A DNA stretch of 62,549 bases from Diadema antillarum (lineage: Eukaryota): NCBI RefSeq assembly GCF_040938485.1, contig NW_027272455.1, positions 620,001-682,549 of the forward strand, in the 5' to 3' direction. The notes below the pieces were generated by a model. It was not told the DNA's origin. It ran no database searches and saw only the letters and a program-made list of their open reading frames with translations. Position 1 is the stretch's first letter; each line of letters starts with the position of its first letter. Shown in pieces: positions 47,501 through 62,549 of the stretch. Position numbers and translations under genes: made by a program.

Positions 47501-49920
47501 AGTTGTAGTCCTTGAACTGCTGAGTGGAAATATATTATGGCATAAAGGTGTGGACGACATAGTACAGCGCCTGATTGAGTGTGACATTGTGCTCGAGTGC
47601 AGTATCTGCACCCAAGTGGTATTCTCTTTACTCTCTCAAACTTTGACTATGTTTTCTTCCTTTGATAATCTGCGTTGAGAGGGGATGAATGTAGCTCTCA
47701 TGAAGAGAGCAATGGAGGAGGAATTCCAGCGAATATATCATGATGATCTTGAGACTTCTGAGCGACAAAGATTGGATGAATTTTTACGTATGTAGTCGGA
47801 AACCCATATTCCCCAGGGCCTGACCCATGATGAATTGCATGATTCAATATTCCTGATTAAGTAACTAGGCAAGTGGTATGTTAAGTAGCAAACCAAATGA
47901 GAAAGTATATTCTGCCTATTCAGTTTGCTGTAAGGGCAAAGTTCTAGACCCATTGCATAGATAATAATGATTGCAATGCAAAACTGTGCATAAAGATATA
48001 TATTTTTTAATGTCTCCATCCATGAATACTGATTACTTGTCATACAAGAAGAGTAAGAATTGAGAGAACGTCACTTTGAAATGTGCAGCAAACGTTCGGA
48101 AGGAGAGAATTTCTATGACATGATGACACATTTATTGCTTGGTGATGTCCAGGTGGAATTCCTGTGCTTGTTCATGGGAGTCTCCTTGTAATGTGACTTC
48201 TACAGGACCATTGATTTTTTTTCTCCTTACATGTGGTGGTATCTAAAATGTAGGCACAATTTTCACAATATTTATAATACAAAATGATGTGTACATGAAA
48301 AAAACATAATGCGCATGCATTTGCACCATTTTCATGATAATTGCTCTTATGTGTGCATAGTACTGAAAAATTGTAAAATAAATCTTTGGAGGTGGTATTT
48401 GCCTGAATGTATGTGGGTTTTTTTTTTCTACTTTTTTTTTTTTTTTTTTGGTCGTATGGGATGTAACAGCTCAGAGTTCTTAAAAGGGACATTCAGAACA
48501 TAAAAGCTGAACCACTGCATGCAGATGTTCATGAGCACAGCAGCGGAAGCTGACTGGATGCAGGCTTAGTCATGTAGCATTTTATGTTGAATTCTTTGAA
48601 TACCTTCTCCATATTCTTTTTTTTTTGGGGGGGGGAATAGAAAAAATAAAACAGAAGACTCATGCATTAATGTGGCAAGAGATGGTAATTTTGAGGAGTA
48701 TGCAACAGCAGCAGTGACACTGTGTGTTGCTCTAGCAGCCGCAGATGTGAAGGGGACATAGGGCTTTGGTGTATACTAGAGTGCCCTTTGATTTGAACTA
48801 TTTTGTACACACTACTAGTGCATCTGCAGAGAGCAGCACGGCATCAGAGGGGTTGACAATAATTAAACTCTGAGTAGTGGACTACTGTATGCATGTGGTC
48901 AAACATTTGTGGTAAAGAAAAGAAAAAGTCATTGTTCATCCCAACTCTGGGGTTTTGGGGGTTTTCTGTAAACATGCTATACTCCATACAACCGTGAGCC
49001 ATGAAATGGGACTGAGCCAACGTGTTTTAATTTTTTTTTTTTCCATCTTTCCTCGGGTGTAATGAGGATCCCCTGTGCGCTGTACATCGCTTTATTTTCC
49101 AGCACTGATATCATTTTGTTGTTAGGAATATGACTCTAGGCCAAGGGGTGCTTACGGTGCGATTTCATGCTGTAACTTTTTGCTAGTTCTCCTGTGAATC
49201 TGTGCTGACCACTGAGAAGTGACGTGGTCATGCGGTCATATTGGACGTATTCTTGCATGGATTCTCTGTGAGCGGATGAATAAGTGATTGCGAATTGTGT
49301 GTATGGGTGTGGGTGTGTGTTTGTGTGTGGTCATGTGTGAAGTGTGTGAATATCAAGGCATACACCCAAGGATTAGGCCTTGGGTGATTAGATAATAAAG
49401 CGTAGGAGTCGCCTAGGATCTGTTCTGCCACATTGGTTTCAGTGTGTTTGCAAGATTGTCTAGTTTTGCTACGTGTATACTTAAGTTTCTAATGCCGGAA
49501 GTAAGTGGCATTTCAAAGTTTTGTTCTTCATTAAAATGATTGTTCATAAGGTGTATTTTTTTTTCTTTTCTTTTTTAATGTAATTATCTCTGCTGGTATA
49601 TGGCTAGGATTTGTAAATGATCCACTTAACCCCCTAGTGGTTTGTTGATTTGTGTCTTGTATATGGGGACAATGTATTTGCCCACTAGGTGGTAGTATAA
49701 TCAATGAGAAATTTATATTATTGGTGGATATATTGAATGAAGGCATAGCTACTTGGCTGCCACGTGGACATATGATTGATACTGACACTCTGCGATCGCA
49801 CCAGGACTGATTGGTTGAACAGATATGATTGTTTGTAGAATTGTAGTGATATTGATGATTATGCTTAAATTATTTTTTCGTTGGGAAACAAAGAAGGAAA
49901 CTGGTTCTCTTGCAAAGAGG

Positions 49921-50056
49921 AATAAAGTAAGATTTTGTTCTGTGTATTATTATTATTTTCATGATTCTTCTTTTTTGTGTAGAGCAAGATTTGGATGCCA
50001 CTCACATGTTTCGGAAAAGAATGAATAAAAGAGAAAGGAAGTTAAATGTGTTTATT
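49921..50056. terminator. Candidate polyadenylation signals: AATAAA on + (49921, 50024) and on - (TTTATT 50051-50056)
   Basis: Motifs read directly; use by GATAD2 or NEDD4 is inference, and hexamers are common in this AT-rich DNA. Confidence 0.3.
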
Positions 50057-50170
50057 CAGTCCTTCTTGTGTGTTGAACAGTGATATGGAGGGTTTCACTG
50101 ATAGTGTTGTGTGCACAGAGAGACATGAACCGACAAACACAGAGGCCACATTCAATCTGAAATACATGTA

Positions 50171-50361
50171 CTGTAAAAGTGGAAATTTTCGCGCATTTCG
50201 CACAACCAGAAAGTAGCGCAAAAATAAAGCACACAAATATTTTTGCTTGATGTATGTTCCAGTAGGCGATGTCCTGATTCCGCGGAATTAAAAACATGCG
50301 AAACTCTTCTTGCCCGGCTGAGCGCGAAAAATTAGTCGCGCGAAAATATCCACTTTTACAG
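50171..50361 (+). mobile_element. MITE family A, copy 4
   Basis: TA-CTGTAAAAGTGGAAATTTTCGCG ... CGCGAAAATATCCACTTTTACAG-TA; its 3' half is nearly identical to the 39001 copy. Confidence 0.9.
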
Positions 50362-50999
50362 TAAAGGGAACTGTACCACCGTGTCCTGTGACACAGTGTG
50401 CCAATTGTGTCATGGTGGCATGCTGCAGACTTGGTTTAGGGAGATTCAGCCTCCTCATCTGATGCTTACTGTTTAATTTACCCTTTAAGCACTTTTTAGC
50501 AGTCTTTTTTTAAAGCTAATGGAACAGTCGTACAAATGATGCACAAGTGTGAGTACGTCAGTAGAAATTGTGTGCATAAGGTAACTGGAATGTTTAACCC
50601 ATGAGGTGAAGCAGAGTGGATTCTTATCTGACTACATTCCATAGTTACTGTATGCACACTTCCTACAAAAAGATGTGCATCATCTGTTTTATAGAACGGG
50701 GGACAAATTTCTTGCCAGAAATCCATTTTTTGATCATGTATTGAACCTGGTGGCAAATCTACTGGATGTACAGCTGTATTTCCTTTTGGCTTGCCATAGA
50801 CACCACGCTTGTTTTCCTGGACAAAATTTACTGGATACATGCTTGGAAGTTCTGGACAAATATGCTGATGCGTGGTTAGCAAGCCAATAGGCATCCCTTG
50901 CCGAGAGGGTTGCAACAAGTGTACAAATAATGTTTACAGTGACTCGCATAAATGGTAGGCAACATGCAGCCAGTACAAATCGACATACAGCTCTAGACC

Positions 51000-51700
51000 A
51001 ATGACATCACAAGACGTTGCAGAGGTCAAATGCTAAAATTTCACAATTTCCCCAATAATCTCTGCAATGCCTGGATTTATCTTTATGAAAATTATTGTAA
51101 ACATGACATTGTACATTTGCAGATTATAATTTTCTAGGGAAATTTTTAAGTCATGAGGTCAGAGGTCAAGTGAAAATGCTAATATTTGTACATGTATTTT
51201 ACTTTTTTCCTTCATATCTTGGGTATGGCTCAAGGTATCTTCATGAAACTCAGTACAAACATTGTATGGATGTATTACTTGACACGGATTCTCTGGAAAT
51301 TTTGGTCATGAGGTCAAGGTCAAAGGTCTGCTTAAAAAAATGCTAAAATTACACTGCTTTATGCTGAAATTACACCATTTTCTCCATACTCTGGAAATTA
51401 CTGGCTGTATACATTTACAGTGTAGTTAAACTTCTAAATACAGTATATACAGTGAATATGTAGGGGAAGTTTTGGGCAATGGGGTCAAAGGTCAAATGAA
51501 AATGCTAAAATTTCACCCATTTCCTGTATTTTGAAAGTGGTTCAAAAATTGTCTTGAAAATTGGTGTATAATTACCAGATGATTTTCAAATCATGTGAAA
51601 GTGCCGTCTCACATTGGCAGTGTGTACTGTTGACCTATTGGGAGAATAATGTAAAGTGGCCGAGGCATACCAATCGACATTGCAACATTTCTAGCGTTAC
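51000..51700 (+). mobile_element. Degenerate AGGTCA-rich tandem-core repeat (probable old HINE-like element)
   Basis: Recurring GGTCAAATG(AAAATG)CTAAAATT(T/A)CAC units near 51023, 51165, 51330 and 51490, with GGTCA(A/G)AGGTCA motifs; ends not resolved. Confidence 0.5.
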
Positions 51701-53122
51701 TCCAAGTTATTGGCTTTTTGGAATAAATTTCTCATATTGCCTCATTCTGTGGTGGAGCCTCTCTCTTGGACATAGGTAATTTGTTGCTCACTCAAAATGT
51801 TGGACATTACTGTCTCAATGTGTCCTTGGTTTAACACACTTGGAAACATTTATATGAAAGATCAATAAGCAATACCAATTCACTAAGGCAGTTGTTTACA
51901 GCTAATTTTGTCAACATTTCTTTTCTGTATGTCACAGACAAGGAAATTAAGCAACCACAAAAAAAAAAATCAACCAGCACATCATTATCTTTTTACTATA
52001 AAAAATAATGAAAGAAAGCATATCACAGCATACTTCACTTTATGAAATAATCTGTCATTTATTTTGTATGAATAGTTATGCCATATATGTATCGACACAC
52101 ACATACAATCCGTGAAAAAAATGTTCAGATCCATAACGTCATCCTAAATTATCACTGTAACTTCCAGTTATGACAGCAGTATGATCTACAAAATTACATA
52201 TTATTATCAGTAATTGCAATAGAAAATTGTGTTTTACAACAGAAATTGAGACATCATGTACACTTGTATTCACAATTATTTCATACATGATACAGTTTAA
52301 AGTGATGATTTATGTACATAGTTTTTCTCTGATAATACACAGAAGTTGCTTCAAGCAATTCACATGGGTTCATTTTGTACACTAACATAGAAAAAGAAAA
52401 ACCCATTTCTACAGAAACGGTGCTTAATTTGCCTTGACACCGGCATCTACCAAAACAGAGGAAGAATGTGAAGTGGGGACAAAATATTACTACACTGCAT
52501 TCTTCTGAATGATCTTTATTCTTAGTGGGGCTCCCGTGGTGATCTTATGAGTGTGAACACTACTTCCAGACAGAAAATGCTGTTCCCCTTCTGTGTATCC
52601 CCTCCTCTTTTCAGTTAAATCCTTGCACAACAACATGAGGAAAGCAAAGATGAGCAAAAGAACTACCAGGATTGTCTAGGAATAAATTCTTCATGCCCCT
52701 TTTCTTTCTGAAATCCTAGTTTGTATATCATACAGTAGCTCTGGTTTTGAAATGCAAAGTGGCTTCCAGATCATTATCTGGAGGGGCTGTGTATTGAATT
52801 TGATTGTGTTTTGCAACACACAGTGTATTTTCATCTTCTGTGATGACAATTCATACAGGGACATCAATTCCATTATTCTAAGACCTAAATCGTACTACAT
52901 TATTGCAAAGCAACATAATATATTTCCCTGACATAGTATTTCACACGGAAATTGTTTAAACACATTAGGCCTAGGATATAAGTTTTACAAGTGATTTCAA
53001 GACAATTCATGTTTTGTTTTCATTTTTACAGTGCTCAAAAACTGTTCTGAAAGTAAGAATTCAGAACATTTTGATTCAAACATTTAGTTCCACACACGTC
53101 ACATCAGAAGGTCACAAGTGAT

Positions 53123-53515
53123 GGAAAGGGAGGGGGTAGAACAGTATAGGGCAGAAAGGTATGGGGGGAGCAGAATGGTGTGGGGGAGACTGGTGGGGAA
53201 GAAAGGGTGAGGGAAGGGGGTGGCAGAGAAGGGGTTGGGGAGAAGGTGGTCAGGTATAGAAGGGGATAGGGGAAAAGGGTGTGGAGGAAAGGTTCAGGGA
53301 GTGGGGGGGGGGGGGCAGGGAGAAGGGGTGGGGCAGAAGGGGAGCTGCGATACAAACAGTTCCTTCAAGGGGGAGAAGGGATGGGGTCGACAGGGGTAGG
53401 GAGAAGGGTGGGGGAAAAGGCTTAGGAAAGTAGGGGGTGGGGAGAAGGGGTTATGAGAGTTAGGGACAAGGAGAAGAGGCGGGGCAGAAGGGGAACTGTG
53501 ATACAAACAGTTCCT
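53123..53515 (+). repeat. ~400-bp G/purine-rich low-complexity tract with an internal 35-bp direct repeat
   Basis: Dozens of GGG-GGGGG runs; GGGGCAGAAGGGGA.CTG.GATACAAACAGTTCCT at about 53330 and 53481. Confidence 0.85.
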
Positions 53516-54766
53516 GCTCACTACAATAAATTTTATTTGAATACAATACATAATTTTTTTGATAAACATACAGAAATTTTAAGAATTCATTATATCAAAG
53601 AAAGTGTCTCGTCAACCAGAACACACATCCACCATATGCCAATTATAAGAAGTACAAAGCATATTGCATATGTACATGTGCATTCTGTCGAAAGTACATT
53701 TGTTTTTTCTTCTTCTTGGCTACATTACCATGGGCAACTAACTCATCTCCTACAATGGTTACAGTAATACACACAATGAATGGTGAGTGATCTTACACAT
53801 GCTGATTCGGTTACACGTCCTAAAACAGACAAATTAACATGAGACAGCAGACAAGCCAAGGTAGAGAAAGAAAGAGAAAGAGATAAGTGACAGACCAATA
53901 TAGGGTTGAGGTGGGGGAGAGACTAAAATATTGAAAGAAATGGACCGACACTTGGAGAGAAAACTTAACACACTTTTTTTTAATACACCATTTGTATCTC
54001 TCAGAATAACACTTATTGATACTGCTCAGTATGAAACATTTGAACTGTACATTGTACATATAAGCATTCATCTTTATTCAAAGATGTCAGTTTAAGTCCA
54101 CTTTTCTTCAATATCAAAGGGGGGGGGGGGCGGCAGAGGGAAGAAAGAGACAGGACATAGGCTTACCGAATAGACAGACTGTCACATGGATAGAGAGCTG
54201 TTAATGTCTACGTGAATAATCATCGATACTGCTAAGTATCAAATTTATTTAACTGTACACGGTACATAAAAGCGTTCATCCTTATTCAGAGATGCCTGTC
54301 GAAGACATTTTCATGGTACAACGTTAGTATTTCATCCCAATTATCATGCTGCTTTCATTTCTTTTCAAGGCGAGAAGGAGAGACAATGCGGCTATGAAAC
54401 TATTGCCAACAGAGAAAACCTGCTGTGATTTCATCATGATAGCTTTGAAAACAGTGTCTTGCTTACAAAAATACTTAAAAACATAGGTGATCTCTTAGTA
54501 GGCGATCAACAACAACTTCATATGCTCATCAGACTACGCAGGATGCAAGAATATTTTGATGCAAGAAAATAACATCAGGTAAACCTTACGACAAATTTCA
54601 AACATGATACCTGCATTGTTTTGAAATACGTGATGATGGAGTACAGATTATGTTTTCATGTATTTGTTTTGGTTTTTTGCATTTGCACAGATTTGGTAAT
54701 ACCCATCATTGTAAAAATATATATCATTGCAATATCGGTGTATTTATCCTCAATTCCCTGCAGAGC

Positions 54767-54851
54767 ATTTCGTCGGGTGCCCGTGCATTGGCCGCTAACG
54801 CAATACAATTTGTATTGCGTTAGCGGCCAATGCACGGGCACCCGACGATTT
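54767..54851. repeat. Perfect 77-bp palindrome flanked by ATTT direct repeats
   Basis: CGTCGGGTGCCCGTGCATTGGCCGCTAACGCAATACAA-T-TTGTATTGCGTTAGCGGCCAATGCACGGGCACCCGACG (54771-54847); ATTT at 54767-54770 and 54848-54851. Confidence 0.95.
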
Positions 54852-56913
54852 ACTGATTTCTTGCCTTGTTCTGAAAAAATTCCGCTGACATAAATAGAAA
54901 TGGAAATAATGCACAATATGCAGACAGTGGGACAGTATTAACTCAAGTGCAATGACAATCCAAGATAATCTCAGCTCTCTATTTTGAGGATTATACTTGC
55001 TAAGGAAAAAAAAAATCCAAATGGCTGTCCAAATGCAAACTTGTGACCATAGCCAACATGTTCTTCCATAAGCACTTGACACTTATCAAAATAGCAAATC
55101 ATTCTTGTTGCGTATGGCAGTATGGTACATCTTCAGTCTATCTATACTAAATATACATAGTAATTTCATGTCTATTCTAGTTCTCCCCACCTGCCTCTTA
55201 CGACTCACCCATCTTTCTGCTGTTAATGCCACCTGAAAGCATGAGCCTCGTATGAGAAGAAAGCATATCAAGTTTTGGTTATAATTTCACTACACTGCAA
55301 GTACAAAACCGGGTGGTCACACCACCCCTGATGCACTTCTGAGAATCTACATCTCACTACACTGTAAGGTGTGCTGCATTGCCATTATTGGCCACAAAAA
55401 TTGGAAAACTAAACTGGCAGGTGAAATCTACTAAGTAATTGCCACTTAAAGACAAGCAAGCACAGGCCACTGCATTGAAGAATGAAAGCGAAGTAACATG
55501 GCTGCTTCTGGATTCCAAGTTTGTACAAGTGTACGTCACTTGCACTGTTCATCGGATGCTAACTTAAACTGCCCTTTGTACTTGGTGCCAACTAACACTG
55601 TCACCGGCTTCTCAGAGCACTAAATATCAGTGTCACAAAATTATCACAGCAGCCCCAAAATGGAAAAGTCTACCTGCCCTAGCATATCCATACACATAAC
55701 AGTACAAAAATATATGCTCATAAATGCATTATCTGAAAAAGAAGCTAGCTGTGTATTTATTCTGCTATAAAGATACACAAGAGAAAACAGTATCCCGCTT
55801 GTCATGGAGACAAACCTATTTCTCCTCGAAGTTTTGTAAACTTCGTTTAAAAAAACCAACCCAAAACACTCAACTTCATGACAACAGTAACAGTAACCAA
55901 AAAAGAAAAAAGAAAAAAAAGTGGATTACACGCATTGAGGGTAAGTCTACTCTCTCAGTACCAACTGGTTGCTCAACCATGTTGGCATATGGTGAGTTTT
56001 GGCTTACATGAAGTGTCATAGGATTGGGACATTGATTACTTTGAAGAGATCTGCACACCATATGTATGGCAGTATGCAGATTTTAATGCCTTCTGTATAC
56101 ACCTGATTACTTCCTTCTTTTGTTTCACATCTAACACTGCTTTGTGATTTATGAAGAAACGGCGCTTCTTGTCATGATAGGCGAGTATACAGCCTGTGCT
56201 AAGCAACGTTTTCTCTCTATATCAGATAAACCATCAACTAAAAGGCATGGAGGGCATTCCACCTTTCTAGCCTTGCATATCGGTAAGTCAGTACTACTAC
56301 TACTACACTGTTTTCGCCCTCTTCTATTACAGTTTCGTGACTTTTGTAACCACATCCTTTAAATCTTGTTCCATGCATTGTAGGAACTGTGCACACAGTT
56401 TTGACAATTTGGCAGAGTCAACACATTTCCCCTTTGTCCCATCACTATCTACATTTTTTTTTTCTCCTGCTTTGAAAAGATCATCTAAAGAGATTATACA
56501 TATATTTGCTTTCTCAACGAAGAGTGGACTGTCTCTGTGCATTGGTAGTTTTATTTTTATTTTCATACAGCATCTACCTCGCCCATGATAAAAAACAAAC
56601 AAACACCAAATGAATGAAAGAGGTGGTTGAGGGGGTTTCGAAAGACACAGACTGGCAAATTGTACAGAGCAGATCATCACACTTCTACACCCAAAAGATT
56701 TCCGTCTCTACGGACAAACAACGAACTTGGATAGATATAAGCCTGCCCACTGCAATGTTATACCATACAATACACATATATAGACACAGAATATATATAT
56801 ATATATATATACTTATATTTGATTTTGATGACATCAAGCTTTGTTGCAGGGGGGGATAAGGATAAGATTGAAAGGGGGAAGGGTGTGGGGGTGGGGGAGA
56901 TTGTGGGCGAACA

Positions 56914-61922
<5,009 letters not shown>

Positions 61923-62549
61923 CTAAGTGAATAGCAATGTTGGAAAAATGAACATTAAATACCACAAAGTTTCGAATAACATGTGATCAAAAACCTCCAA
62001 TATGAGATTACAAATCCACGTTCAAAGTCCTGTCTGCTACACACGAAAATACACACTAGCGACACAGAAATTGACCCATCCTATGTAACCTCATACCACA
62101 TCAAACTATGTAATATAAAATTTGGTTTCATAAATGTATGAGAAGCACTTGGTTCAAAGATCTTATCATTACAATTGCTGTCAAGACAGGGTAACTTTTG
62201 GTAAGTGAGTGGACAGAACAGCCATTAATTGAAAGGTCCCCTTGGTGATCACTGTGTGTGACTGTTGAATTGCCCATCCTTACTTCCTCCCTTGCAAAAA
62301 TGTAATACAGGTCCAACCTAAGTTATCTGACTGTGTTGGAACCAGTAGCCATCTGGATAATTGAAATGGTCCGATAAGAGAATTACGTTATAGCTTGATA
62401 CCTTCTAGATATCTAGGCCACATTGGAACTTTGAGTCATCCAGATAAGTGATATGGCCACATATAAGAATTATGTTAAGCTCAATACACTATATGAAGTT
62501 GTGGGGGGGGGGGGGGGGGGGGGAGGGGGGGGGTATTAAAGCGCCATTG

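Noticed and set aside
54016-54298. ~75-bp diverged direct repeat (GATACTGCT.AGTAT...AACTGTACA..GTACAT..AAGC.TTCATC.TTATTCA.AGATG) about 210 bp apart
   Set aside because: Real, but most simply an old local duplication; no structure or motif suggesting function.
62128-62316. Minus-strand ORF as the next NEDD4 exon
   Set aside because: Does not resemble the expected upstream HECT segment; that exon is probably beyond the window end.

Overview
Eukaryotic, intron-rich, AT-rich invertebrate genomic DNA. The proteins are vertebrate-like and the repeat landscape suggests a deuterostome such as a sea urchin; this is inference, not verified. Three spliced genes were reconstructed by hand from GT-AG boundaries and remembered protein similarity. 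(1) The 3' part of MAU2 (cohesin loader subunit; + strand, 10 coding exons, 960-12554, 363 aa in window). (2) A complete GATAD2/p66 NuRD subunit CDS (+ strand, 6 coding exons, 36464-44596, 830 aa) with an unusually long acidic N-terminal exon and a probable CpG-retaining promoter near 25 kb. (3) The HECT-domain 3' end of a NEDD4/NEDD4L E3 ligase (- strand, 5 exons, 56914-61922), convergent on GATAD2. MAU2 followed by GATAD2 on the same strand matches the human MAU2-GATAD2A arrangement. Non-coding DNA is dense in non-autonomous DNA transposons: TA-flanked MITEs (two nested insertions), piggyBac-, Kolobok- and hAT-like elements, and a Helentron-type HINE carrying an array of perfect nuclear-receptor direct repeats. 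It also contains a perfect 77-bp palindrome with a 4-bp target duplication, a (TA)n-embedded hairpin, a 177-bp triplication and an excess of TACAGTA/TACTGTA heptamers in the long region upstream of the GATAD2 coding exons. No rRNA, tRNA, CRISPR or intact transposase was found. There is one assembly gap (20869-21005).
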